Positions 38,489-49,993 of a DNA stretch of 64,000 nt are shown here, in pieces. The notes under the pieces were generated by a model. That model was given only the letters and a program-made list of their open reading frames with translations, was not told where the DNA came from and made no database searches. Source of the stretch: an uncultured Rhodobacterales bacterium (GTDB lineage: Bacteria; Pseudomonadota; Alphaproteobacteria; Rhodobacterales; Rhodobacteraceae); contig CAZOHN010000001.1 of the NCBI GenBank assembly GCA_964579325.1, positions 66,726-130,725 on the forward strand. The letters are read 5' to 3'. Position 1 is the stretch's first letter. Every line of letters begins with the position of its first letter. The position numbers and the translations under genes are program-made.

Positions 38489-39592
38489 GTGTCGTCCGTG
38501 CGGCTTGCCGTAACGTCCCTTCGGCTCTCGCACTTCCGAAGCCACCAGACTGCGCTGCTTGAGGCCGGCCCGGGCCTGATCGCGCTCTACGGCGCAAACG
38601 GCGCAGGCAAGACAAACCTCCTCGAAGCCGTGTCTCTGTTGTCACCGGGCCGCGGCCTGCGGCGGGCCGCACCCGAGGAATTGCCGCGGCAGCCCGAGGC
38701 GCTGGGCTGGAAGGTGGCAGCCGAAGTCGAAAGCCTTGGCGTGCGACACGAGTGCGAGACCTGGGCCGAGGCGGGCCAGTCGCGACAAGTAAGGGTCGAC
38801 GGCAAGACGGCGTCTCAGGTCGTGCTCGGTCGCATCGCCAGGGTGGTCTGGCTCGTGCCGGCAATGGATCGCCTCTGGAGTGACGGACCGGAGGGGCGCC
38901 GCCGATTCCTCGACCGGGTGACCCTCAGCTTCGAGCCGGGTCACGCAGAAGCTGTACTCGAATACGAAAAAGCGATGCGCGAACGGAACAGGCTGTTGCG
39001 GGACGGCGTTCGAGACGGGCGCTGGTATGCAGCCCTGGAGTCTCTGATGGCCACGGCCGGAGCGACGATCCGCGCCAACCGTCTGGCGGCGGTGGCTCGG
39101 TTGATGTCGGCGCAGAACGGGGCTGCGACCACATTTCCCAGGGCCGAAGTCGCCGTGATGGAGCATGGTGCGCAGGACGACCTCGCATCCGCGCTTATCG
39201 AATCTCGCTCGGCGGATCTGGCAGCCGGTCGGACGCTCGTGGGTCCGCATCGCGCGGACATGGCCGCTGTGTTCGCCGAAAAGGGCGTGCCGGCAGAGTC
39301 GTGTTCCACGGGCGAGCAGAAGGCACTCCTACTTTCGCTGGTGCTTGCAAACGCCCGTGCGCTGCGCGAGGACTTCGGGGCCCCGCCGATTCTGCTTCTT
39401 GACGAGGTTGCCGCCCATCTGGACTCCGGCCGCCGTACCGCCCTCTATGGAGAAGTGCAGGCCCTCGGAGCGCAGGCGTGGATGACCGGTACAGGGCCTG
39501 AGCTGTTCGATGGGCTGGCCCCCGGGGCGACGTTCTTCGAAGTGACCGAGAGCGACGGCCGCTCGTCCGTCGAACAAAGGGAGGTGCCATGA
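38489..39592 (+). CDS. recF: DNA replication/repair protein RecF
   Basis: Walker A GANGAGKTNLLEA, signature SSGEQK-like STGEQKALLLSL, and LLLDEV. GTG start. Confidence 0.9.
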   Translation: MSSVRLAVTSLRLSHFRSHQTALLEAGPGLIALYGANGAGKTNLLEAVSLLSPGRGLRRAAPEELPRQPEALGWKVAAEVESLGVRHECETWAEAGQSRQVRVDGKTASQVVLGRIARVVWLVPAMDRLWSDGPEGRRRFLDRVTLSFEPGHAEAVLEYEKAMRERNRLLRDGVRDGRWYAALESLMATAGATIRANRLAAVARLMSAQNGAATTFPRAEVAVMEHGAQDDLASALIESRSADLAAGRTLVGPHRADMAAVFAEKGVPAESCSTGEQKALLLSLVLANARALREDFGAPPILLLDEVAAHLDSGRRTALYGEVQALGAQAWMTGTGPELFDGLAPGATFFEVTESDGRSSVEQREVP

Positions 39593-40023
39593 CACCGCAA
39601 CGCGTGACCCTGATCACCCTCGGCGTCGCCGACCTGGCCCGGTCGCGGGCGTTCTACGCCGCACTTGGATGGCGTGAGCATGCCGAGAGCCAGCCCGGCG
39701 TGGCCTTCTACCAGATGCATGGAGCGGTCCTCGGGCTCTTCGGCCATGACGACCTCGCCGCCGACCAGGGTAGGCCGGGTGCCACGCTCGGCGTCGGAGC
39801 GGTGACGTTCGCCCAGAACTTCGAGACAGAGGCAGCGGTCGATGCCGCCTATGCCGCAGCGCTCGCGGCGGGCGGAACCGGTCTCAAGGCACCTCAGAAA
39901 GTGTTCTGGGGCGGGTACTCGGGCTACTGGGCGGACTTGGATGGGCACGTCTGGGAAGTTGCAATGAACCCTTTCTGGACCCTTGGCGATGACGGCTCGC
40001 TCACCCTGCCGGACGTCGCATGA
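39589..40023 (+). CDS. VOC/glyoxalase-family protein
   Basis: 144 aa (ITLGVADLARSRAFYAALGW ... GYWADLDGHVWEV). ATGA-coupled to recF. Confidence 0.75.
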   Translation: MTPQRVTLITLGVADLARSRAFYAALGWREHAESQPGVAFYQMHGAVLGLFGHDDLAADQGRPGATLGVGAVTFAQNFETEAAVDAAYAAALAAGGTGLKAPQKVFWGGYSGYWADLDGHVWEVAMNPFWTLGDDGSLTLPDVA

Positions 40024-40640
40024 CGATCACGGCGGCGCAGCTCCTGCTTTACGCGGGCGCCCTCCTGATCCTGTTCCTGACACCTGGTCCGGTCTGGGTG
40101 GCACTCATCGCCCGCGCAATGTCGGGCGGGTTCGCTCAGGCCTGGCCATTGGCGGTTGGTGTAACGATCGGCGATCTTCTCTGGCCGCTGCTTGCCATTC
40201 TCGGGATGAGCTGGGTCCTTGGCCAATGGGGTGAGGCTCTAACCGTCCTCAAGTGGATCGCGGCGGGCATATTCCTCTGGATGGGCTGGGCCCTGATCCG
40301 TCATGCTGACCGGGCGCTTTCATCGGACTCGCGGCTGGTCCAACCGGGCAAGCTCGCCGGCTTCCTTGCCGGGGTTGCGGTTATCATTGGCAACCCCAAG
40401 GCGATCCTGTTCTACATGGGCGTCCTGCCGGGATTCTTCGATCTTCGCTCCGTCACCGTCACGGACATTGCGGCGATCTGCGCAATGAGCATGGGCATCC
40501 CCCTCGTGGGCAACCTCGTCCTCGCCGTGGCACTCGACCGCGCGCGGCGGCTGCTTTCTTCGTCCACGGCTCGCAGCCGTGTGAACCGGATTTCGGGTGC
40601 GCTCCTGATCGCTGTTGGCCTGATCCTGCCTTGGGTTTGA
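40020..40640 (+). CDS. LysE-family amino-acid exporter
   Basis: 206 aa with six hydrophobic segments, an N-terminal LTPGP motif and NPKAILFY. Confidence 0.8.
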   Translation: MTITAAQLLLYAGALLILFLTPGPVWVALIARAMSGGFAQAWPLAVGVTIGDLLWPLLAILGMSWVLGQWGEALTVLKWIAAGIFLWMGWALIRHADRALSSDSRLVQPGKLAGFLAGVAVIIGNPKAILFYMGVLPGFFDLRSVTVTDIAAICAMSMGIPLVGNLVLAVALDRARRLLSSSTARSRVNRISGALLIAVGLILPWV

Positions 40641-40688
40641 TCGACGTCGTCCGCGCCGTACTGAGCCACCAAATATAGTGGCAGGTGC

Positions 40689-43901
<3,213 letters not shown>

Positions 43902-43949
43902 ACGGTGTTCCTTCCCCGAAACCGTTCTGCATGAAGAACGTTACCTCGG

Positions 43950-44441
43950 TCACTTTATTCCCAGCTTCTGCGCAACGGCGATCCGCGCCCGCGCCAGGCG
44001 GCTCATCACCGTGCCGATCGGAATACCCAGCACTTCGGCGGTCTCCTTGTAGGTGAGTTCCTCAACACAAACGAGAAGGATGACTTCCCGCTGGTCCACC
44101 GGCAAACTGGCGATCGCCGCCTCGGCTTCTGACAGTGCGATCCGATTCATCGCGATATCCTCGCCATCGACAGTTGCCGCTTCCGGCATATCGTCGATGT
44201 CAACGGCCACGCCCCGGACGGCACCGCGCCGGGTATGGTCGATCCAGGCGTTGCGCAGGATGCGCAGCAGCCACGCATCGAGCCGCGTCGCGGGATCGAA
44301 CCGGTCGCGGGCGGCGAGGGCGCGCTCGGCCGTGATCTGGACGAGGTCGTCCGCGAGGTCGGATCGTCGGCTGAGAGAGAGGGCGAACCGCCGGAGATTG
44401 GGCAGTAGCGCGATCAGCTCTTCTATGAAGCGATCGGACAT
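43950..44441 (-). CDS. ECF-type RNA polymerase sigma factor
   Basis: Region 2 (DLVQITAERAL...RLDAWLLRILRNAWIDHTR) and region 4 (EVILLVCVEELTYKETAEVLGIPIGTVMSRLARAR). ATG at 44441; the track's GTG at 44453 is the alternative. Confidence 0.88.
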   Translation of the reverse strand: MSDRFIEELIALLPNLRRFALSLSRRSDLADDLVQITAERALAARDRFDPATRLDAWLLRILRNAWIDHTRRGAVRGVAVDIDDMPEAATVDGEDIAMNRIALSEAEAAIASLPVDQREVILLVCVEELTYKETAEVLGIPIGTVMSRLARARIAVAQKLGIK

Positions 44442-44475
44442 GACACTCGGCACCCTTGTATCAAACTCGCTCGAT

Positions 44476-44502
44476 CGGGAATATTCCGCGTCACCAGACG
44501 TA
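44476..44502 (+). promoter_or_regulatory. ECF-type promoter candidate P1 upstream of the S8 peptidase gene
   Basis: CGGGAATA-N15-CGTA. The -35 is embedded in the palindrome GGAATATTCC (44478-44487), and the GTG start lies 62 nt downstream. Same motif as P2 and P3. Confidence 0.55.
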
Positions 44503-44564
44503 TACCCCGAGCCTCCCCGGTCAATCCGGGGTTGATCGATACTGGACGAAGGAGGACAAGACCA

Positions 44565-45959
44565 GTGGCTGTGCGAACCTGTCTCGTGGCTTTCGGCATC
44601 CTGTCCTTGCTTGCCGTCGCTTCGCTGCCTAACGAAAGCCCCTTCGCCTTCGCCGGGTCGGCTCAGGCCGATGACGACGACGGTGGTGACGGCGGAGGCG
44701 CAGACAACGACGACGACAACGGCGGCGTTGGGGGAGGTGCATCCAACGACGACGACGATGATGATGGCCCGGGAGCTTCCGGCCGAGGTTCGCGCGATCG
44801 TGCCGTCTCCCCAAACAGGCGGACCGCCGCGCCACCACGGGCGACGGAGCCCGTGCAGCGACTCCTGTTCGCGCGCAACGAGATCGTCGCGCTCGACCTC
44901 GATGACGGTAGCCTGGCAGAACTCATCGCGCAGGGCTTCACGTTGATCGAAGAACGCTCGGTACCGGCCATCGGCCAGACCGCGCGGCGACTTTCAGTTC
45001 CGCCTGACCAGACGCTCGAAGCCGCGCGGGAGACCGTGCGCGGCTTCGCACCCGGCGGCGGAGCAGATTTCAACCACTTCTATCGCTCGGAAGGTGACGA
45101 ATCCTCGCTGTGCGACGGTCCCCACTGCGCCGCGCGAAGCCTGATCGGCTGGCCCGAGCAGGCCCTCGCGCCCTTGACCTGCGGCGTGAACGTCGCGATC
45201 GGTGTGATCGACACCGGAATCAACGCTGACCACGAAGCCCTTGCATCGGTCAAGATCGAGGTGCATCGGATCGTGGAGGACGAAACCCTCGATCGCTCCC
45301 GTGCGATCCATGGCACCGCAGTTGCTGCCCTTCTCGTGGGCGCTGCCGGCAGCCGGACGCCCGGGCTACTGCCCGAGGCGCAACTTGTCGCTGTCGACGC
45401 CTTCCACCGCACTGGCGGCGATGAGCGGGCGGATGTCTTTGCCCTCGTAGAGGCCATGGACTTCCTCGTCGCGCGCGGGACGCGGGTCCTCAACCTGAGC
45501 CTTGCCGGCCCCGCCAACGCCGTTCTCGAAGAAGCGATCGCGAGGCTCCACGACGCCGGCATCGTTGTGGTCGCTGCCGCCGGAAACGGTGGGCCAAGGG
45601 CGGAACCGGCCTTTCCGGCGGCCTATTCGACAGTCATTGCAGTGACTGCGGTGGATAGCTCGGGTGCGATCTATCGGCGCGCTGGCCGGGGCGACCACAT
45701 CGATATCGCTGCGCCGGGTGTCGAGGTCTGGACGGCCGCCTCGATCCGCGGGGCGCGTCCGAAGTCGGGCACGTCGTTCGCGGCCCCCTTCGTTTCGGCC
45801 GCCGCCGCACTTCTTCTGGCTGCCGAGCCGGACCTGACCGCCGAAGACGTCCGCCACCGCCTCAAATCCGCAGCCCGCGACCTGGGCGATGCCGGGGAGG
45901 ATCCGGTGTTCGGCGCTGGCCTGTTGCAGGCCTCCGGCTTCTGCGTATCGACAGATTGA
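44565..45959 (+). CDS. Secreted S8 (subtilisin-family) serine peptidase with an N-terminal Asp/Gly/Asn low-complexity insert
   Basis: GTG at 44565 lies 8 nt after GGAGGA. Signal peptide. Catalytic D (AIGVIDTGIN), H (IHGTAVAALLVG) and S (SGTSFAAPFVSAAAALL). D-rich tract ADDDDGGDGGGADNDDDNGGVGGGASNDDDDDDG. Confidence 0.85.
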   Translation: MAVRTCLVAFGILSLLAVASLPNESPFAFAGSAQADDDDGGDGGGADNDDDNGGVGGGASNDDDDDDGPGASGRGSRDRAVSPNRRTAAPPRATEPVQRLLFARNEIVALDLDDGSLAELIAQGFTLIEERSVPAIGQTARRLSVPPDQTLEAARETVRGFAPGGGADFNHFYRSEGDESSLCDGPHCAARSLIGWPEQALAPLTCGVNVAIGVIDTGINADHEALASVKIEVHRIVEDETLDRSRAIHGTAVAALLVGAAGSRTPGLLPEAQLVAVDAFHRTGGDERADVFALVEAMDFLVARGTRVLNLSLAGPANAVLEEAIARLHDAGIVVVAAAGNGGPRAEPAFPAAYSTVIAVTAVDSSGAIYRRAGRGDHIDIAAPGVEVWTAASIRGARPKSGTSFAAPFVSAAAALLLAAEPDLTAEDVRHRLKSAARDLGDAGEDPVFGAGLLQASGFCVSTD

Positions 45960-45980
45960 CCAGGCACAGGATCGTACCCG

Positions 45981-46691
45981 ATGGGATTCCTTCGAAAGAC
46001 CTCGCAGACCATCCGCTTCACCTGCGAGCATCGCGACGAGAATGTGATAGCCGAGCCTGTGCCCGCCAAGAGCTACCTGCCTGACTGGTTCCGCAAGCTT
46101 CCTGCAGTTGACGAGACCAAGCTTTCGACCGGCGATACGGGCCTGACCGTCAAGCGCTGCATGCCCTTTCTCGACGCCATGAGCACGGGCTGGCTCATCC
46201 CGCTGGCGGCCACGGTGCGGCTCGAGATCACAAAGGACGGTCGCCATGTCAGCGCAGGGTGGGACTTCGATAGAACGATGGTGTCGAACCACGGGATGCA
46301 CCAGGTGAAGGGGCATGCCTGGGGCGACCGACCACCCATGAAGTTCCACAATTACTGGACGATTACCACGCCTCCAGGCTGGAGTTGTCTGTTCATCAAT
46401 CCGCTGAACCGGCCCAACGGGCTGTTCGAGATCGTGGCGGGCGTGGTCGATACCGATACCTACGCCTCGCCGATCCACTTCCCCTTCTTTGCAACGGGCC
46501 CGGACGGTCTGCATGTGATCGAGAAGGGGTCTCCCATCGTGCAGGTCATCCCGTTCCGGCGTGACAGCGCCGAGATCGTCGCAGAGATCAGGGCAGAGAC
46601 CGGGGAGGAGGCAGCGCTGCGGGCGAAGATCCTGCGTCAGACCCAGGCTGCTCCCGGATGGTATCGCATCGAGGCGCGCGCGAAGCGCTGA
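45981..46691 (+). CDS. Conserved hypothetical protein (possibly DUF6065-like; recollection only)
   Basis: 236 aa, starting 21 nt after the S8 stop on the same strand. No signal peptide. Motifs KRCMPFLDAMSTGW and AGVVDTDTY. I cannot assign a fold. Confidence 0.55.
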   Translation: MGFLRKTSQTIRFTCEHRDENVIAEPVPAKSYLPDWFRKLPAVDETKLSTGDTGLTVKRCMPFLDAMSTGWLIPLAATVRLEITKDGRHVSAGWDFDRTMVSNHGMHQVKGHAWGDRPPMKFHNYWTITTPPGWSCLFINPLNRPNGLFEIVAGVVDTDTYASPIHFPFFATGPDGLHVIEKGSPIVQVIPFRRDSAEIVAEIRAETGEEAALRAKILRQTQAAPGWYRIEARAKR

Positions 46692-46787
46692 CATCCAAAT
46701 TCCGAAGGGTGAAGCGGGCGTGGGATCAAACTCACGACCGTTCGGCATTCTTGATGCGAGGAAACCGCGACTGCGGGGGCAGCTCAG

Positions 46788-46815
46788 ACAAGAACGCCGA
46801 CCCCGAGGGTCGGCG
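46788..46815 (-). terminator. Rho-independent terminator after mini-gene 1
   Basis: Minus strand reads CGCCGACCC-TCG-GGGTCGGCG followed by TTCTTGTCT. Confidence 0.6.
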
Positions 46816-46840
46816 GCCCAGTCCGGTAGGGGAGCCCGGA

Positions 46841-47200
46841 TCAATCGTCGTCGTCGTTGGAGTTCGACGAGGAGTTGCTTGAGGAATTGGAAGAGCTGTT
46901 GCTGCTCGAATTCGAGGACGAGTTGCTCGAAGAGTTCAACGAGCCGTTCGAGTTGCTGTTCGACGACGAATTGCTGCTCGAATTGCGGTTCGAGTTCGAG
47001 CGGCCATTGTCGTCGTCATCATCGTCCCGGCTGCTGCGGTAGCTGCGCGAGTCGAAGCTTGTCCGGCGCTTGTCGTTCGAGACCGACTGCGGCTGGAAAA
47101 GCTGCTTCAGCCAGCGCGGCGCGTCGTCCGCAGCGGCGGGAGCCGAAAGCGTGGTCGTTGACACCAGGGCGGTGATCAGGAGGGTCGATATGCGCTTCAT
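46841..47200 (-). CDS. Small secreted protein 1: signal peptide, PRWLKQL motif, poly-Asp, (SSN)n tail ending DDDD
   Basis: ATG at 47200 gives MKRISTLLITALVSTTTLSAPAAADDAPRWLKQLFQP...RSYRSSRDDDDDDNGRSNSN...(SSNSSSN)n...NDDDD (119 aa). It has its own promoter motif and terminator. Confidence 0.7.
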   Translation of the reverse strand: MKRISTLLITALVSTTTLSAPAAADDAPRWLKQLFQPQSVSNDKRRTSFDSRSYRSSRDDDDDDNGRSNSNRNSSSNSSSNSNSNGSLNSSSNSSSNSSSNSSSNSSSNSSSNSNDDDD

Positions 47201-47248
47201 GTCGGGGCCTACTCTCTTTGACCAGCAGTCCATCTGCTGCCATGGAGA

Positions 47249-47275
47249 AACGCGCGAGCAGTGTTCTTATTCCCG
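47249..47275 (-). promoter_or_regulatory. ECF-type promoter candidate P2 upstream of mini-gene 1
   Basis: Minus strand reads CGGGAATA-N15-CGTT, 48 nt upstream of the ATG at 47200. Confidence 0.55.
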
Positions 47276-47320
47276 GAAAGCCGCTCGGAAGTGTTTGCGT
47301 GCCATCGCGCCGCCAGCCGC

Positions 47321-47355
47321 AAACGAAGAACGCCGGTCTTGACGGACCGGCGTTC
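47321..47355 (-). terminator. Rho-independent terminator after mini-gene 2
   Basis: Minus strand reads GAACGCCGGTC-CGTCAA-GACCGGCGTTC followed by TTCGTTT. Confidence 0.65.
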
Positions 47356-47380
47356 CCAGGAGAATTCGGACGGGCAGCGA

Positions 47381-47635
47381 TCAATCGTCGTCGTCGTCAC
47401 GGTCACCGCGATCATCATCATCGTCGTCACGGCCCCGGCCCCGACCATCGTCGTCGTCATCATCGTCTCGACCGTAGCGATAACTGCGCATCTCGCTGCG
47501 AGAGCCGCGCTGGCCGCTAAGTGCGGGCTGCAGGAGTTGCTTGATCCAGCGCGGCATGTCGTCGGCTGCGGCGGGGGCCGAAAGCGTTGTCGTGGACACC
47601 AGTGCGGTGATCAGGAGCGTGGAGATCCGTTTCAT
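47381..47635 (-). CDS. Small secreted protein 2: same signal peptide and PRWIKQL motif, poly-Asp/Arg-Gly tail
   Basis: 84 aa: MKRISTLLITALVSTTTLSAPAAADDMPRWIKQLLQP...RSYRYGRDDDDDDDGRGRGRDDDDDDRGDRDDDDD. The first 26 residues are identical to protein 1. Confidence 0.7.
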   Translation of the reverse strand: MKRISTLLITALVSTTTLSAPAAADDMPRWIKQLLQPALSGQRGSRSEMRSYRYGRDDDDDDDGRGRGRDDDDDDRGDRDDDDD

Positions 47636-47682
47636 GTTGCATCCTTTCCAATGATGCAGCCATCAGGCGGCTGTATTGGAAG

Positions 47683-47709
47683 AACGGACGGTGCCGGCCT
47701 TTATTCCCG
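47683..47709 (-). promoter_or_regulatory. ECF-type promoter candidate P3 upstream of mini-gene 2
   Basis: Minus strand reads CGGGAATA-N15-CGTT, 47 nt upstream of the ATG at 47635 and just downstream of the fmt stop. Confidence 0.55.
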
Positions 47710-47726
47710 CCAAGTCTTCGATGCTT

Positions 47727-48650
47727 TCAGGCTGGCGAATTCTTTCCCGCCGGACCGAGGTGCCGCGGGAGCGCCAGTCCCCGCAAGACCTCTTCAGCCG
47801 GCATCGGCCTGCGCCCTTCGCGCTGGGCCTCGGATATGTCCACGGCACCCTCGCCGCACGCGACCGTCAGCCCGCAAAGAACCTCACCGGGCTCGCCTGC
47901 CCCTGCGACGCAGCGTGACCGAAGCAGCTTGAGCCGTTCGCTTCCCGCCATGGTCCACGCGCCCGGGAAGGGCGAGAGCGCCCGGATCAGGCGATCCACC
48001 TCGGGCGCAGGCCGTGTCCAGTCCACTTCTGCCTCGGATTTGTCGATCTTGCGGGCATAGTTGGCACCCTGTTCGCTCTGCGGTTCGGGAACAAGTCGAT
48101 TCAGGCGTCCGAGAGCCTCAACGATCAGCCGTGCGCCCAGTGCCGCGAGGCGCGGGGTCATGTCGCCGGTGGTGTCCTGCGCCTGGATCGGCATCGCTTC
48201 GCGCAACAGGACCGGCCCGGTATCGAGCCCCTCCTCCATCTGCATGATGCAGACGCCGGTTTCGGTGTCGCCGGCGAGGATCGCCCGGTGGATCGGTGCG
48301 GCTCCGCGCCAGCGCGGCAGGAGTGAGGCGTGAATGTTGAGGCACCCCCTCCGCGGCGCATCGAGGATCGGTCGGGGAAGGATCAGCCCATAGGCGACCA
48401 CCACGGCAGCCCCGAGGTCGAGTGCGGCGAAGTCGGCCTGCGCTTCGGGTGTGCGCAGCGTCCTTGGCGTGCGGACGGGGAGGCCGAGGGCTTCGGCGCG
48501 GGCCTGAACGGGTGAAGGGCGGTCCTTCTGGCCCCGTCCTGCGGGACGGGGAGGTTGTGAGTAGACTGCAGCGATCTCGTGACCCGCAGCATGGAGCGCG
48601 TCGAGCGCGGGCACGGCGAAGTCTGGCGTTCCCATGAAGGCGATGCGCAT
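47727..48650 (-). CDS. fmt: Methionyl-tRNA formyltransferase
   Basis: 307 aa ([16 protein letters not shown]...[16 protein letters not shown]). Confidence 0.92.
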   Translation of the reverse strand: MRIAFMGTPDFAVPALDALHAAGHEIAAVYSQPPRPAGRGQKDRPSPVQARAEALGLPVRTPRTLRTPEAQADFAALDLGAAVVVAYGLILPRPILDAPRRGCLNIHASLLPRWRGAAPIHRAILAGDTETGVCIMQMEEGLDTGPVLLREAMPIQAQDTTGDMTPRLAALGARLIVEALGRLNRLVPEPQSEQGANYARKIDKSEAEVDWTRPAPEVDRLIRALSPFPGAWTMAGSERLKLLRSRCVAGAGEPGEVLCGLTVACGEGAVDISEAQREGRRPMPAEEVLRGLALPRHLGPAGKNSPA

Positions 48651-48725
48651 GCAGGGCTCCTTTCCGTGCCGGGTCTAGCGGCGGGCTGCTGGCTTGGCTA
48701 GGGTTGCTCCGAGGTGGAGGCCGCG

Positions 48726-49175
48726 ATGGACTATACTGAACTGAAGGGCAGGATCGCTGCCGTCTGCGAAGGCGAACCCGATACCATCGCCCTCATGGCG
48801 ACGGTGGCCTGCGAGGTGCACCACGCCGACGACCGCTTTGACTGGACTGGGTTCTACCGGGTCGTGGCACCAGACCTTCTGAAGATCGGCCCCTACCAAG
48901 GTGGGCACGGATGCCTCGTGATCCCGTTCGCACGTGGTGTCTGCGGCGCCTGCGCCCGAACGGGCGAGGTGCAGCTGGTGCCCGACGTCGACGCCTTCCC
49001 CGGCCATATCGCCTGCGCGTCCACGACCCGCAGCGAGATCGTCCTTCCGGTACGCAACGGGGCCGGCGACCTGATCGCCGTCTTCGACATCGATAGCGAC
49101 CTACCCGCTGCCTTCACCGAGGCCGATGCCGAGGGCCTTGGCGCGATCCTTCACGTGGTGTTCGGTCGGCTCTGA
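48726..49175 (+). CDS. GAF-domain protein, free methionine-(R)-sulfoxide reductase-like
   Basis: About 149 aa (FDWTGFYRV...GVCGACARTGEVQLVPDVDAFPGHIACASTTRSEIVLPV). Confidence 0.75.
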   Translation: MDYTELKGRIAAVCEGEPDTIALMATVACEVHHADDRFDWTGFYRVVAPDLLKIGPYQGGHGCLVIPFARGVCGACARTGEVQLVPDVDAFPGHIACASTTRSEIVLPVRNGAGDLIAVFDIDSDLPAAFTEADAEGLGAILHVVFGRL

Positions 49176-49993
49176 CGTCGACGCGCGAGAACCGGGTAGC
49201 CCTCGGCGCCGATCCGGTCGACAGCCTCAACGACCGGCTCGTAGCTCACAGCCATCGCGTGGGCGTTGGCATGGATGAACGTCTCGGGATCGACCGCCAG
49301 GGCGACGTGGCCTTTCCAGAACACGAGGTCTCCGCGTGCAAGCGGCGCTTCGTCCTGAAGTGGGACGCCCAGCGAGGCGCGCTGCAGGTCGCTGTCTCCC
49401 GGACAGGCAATTCCGCAGGCAAGGCAGGCCGCCTGCACGAGGCCCGAGCAGTCGATGCCACGGATCGAGTTTCCGCCCCAGAGATAGGGCGCCCCGAAGA
49501 AGAGCTGTGCCACCGAGGCGGGGTCGGTGAACGGCTTGTTGGCCGGGCGGAGATGGGGCTTGGGAACGAAAAGCCCAAGATCGGTCTCGAAGAACGCGCC
49601 CGAGGCTGACACGATCCGCAGGCGTGCGCCGAAGGAGAGGTGCGCAAGCTCGGTGCGCTTGAGATCGGGCGCCGGGTAGAGGTGGGTGGCGGGAACGCCG
49701 ACGATGTGCGTCGTGTCCGCCGGTGTGCCGAGGGCAGTTTGCGCGACATATCCGCAGTAACCGTCGCGGCGGGCCTCCACGAAGGCGAACCCGGCGCGCG
49801 CCTCGAAGACCGTCACGGTCTCACCATAAAGTAGCTGGCGATCCCGCGTGCCATCCGGGGCGGCGAGCAGATCGACCACCGGAACACAGATTTGCGCCGC
49901 GTCCCCCTCGATGTAGGCCTCAGCCTTGACCTGACCCTTCAGGCGCGTTGCGGCGACACGGCCGTTTGCGGGGGTGAGCCTGCGGTCCATCAC
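49151..49993 (-). CDS. NlpC/P60 (C40) peptidase with N-terminal SH3-like region
   Basis: YLWGGNSIRGIDCSGLVQ (catalytic Cys) ... GDLVFWKGHVAL (His). Confidence 0.8.
   Translation of the reverse strand: MMDRRLTPANGRVAATRLKGQVKAEAYIEGDAAQICVPVVDLLAAPDGTRDRQLLYGETVTVFEARAGFAFVEARRDGYCGYVAQTALGTPADTTHIVGVPATHLYPAPDLKRTELAHLSFGARLRIVSASGAFFETDLGLFVPKPHLRPANKPFTDPASVAQLFFGAPYLWGGNSIRGIDCSGLVQAACLACGIACPGDSDLQRASLGVPLQDEAPLARGDLVFWKGHVALAVDPETFIHANAHAMAVSYEPVVEAVDRIGAEGYPVLARRRQSRPNTT

Noticed and set aside
44454-44475. Autoregulatory ECF promoter for the sigma gene itself
   Set aside because: Only the -35 half (GGAAT from the palindrome) is present. The -10 position reads GTTT/AGTT rather than CGTT, and the leader would be very short. 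It is kept as a low-interest note, not called as a feature.
45366-46844. 492-aa minus-strand ORF
   Set aside because: It is antisense to the S8 peptidase and the 236-aa ORF, both of which have coherent motifs. Its composition is shadow-like.
46850-47030. Short-period DNA repeats that might be taken for a CRISPR-like or satellite array
   Set aside because: The period is 3/9 nt and imperfect, with no spacer-repeat architecture. The region lies inside an ORF with a promoter, RBS, signal peptide and terminator, so it is coding low complexity, (SSN)n.
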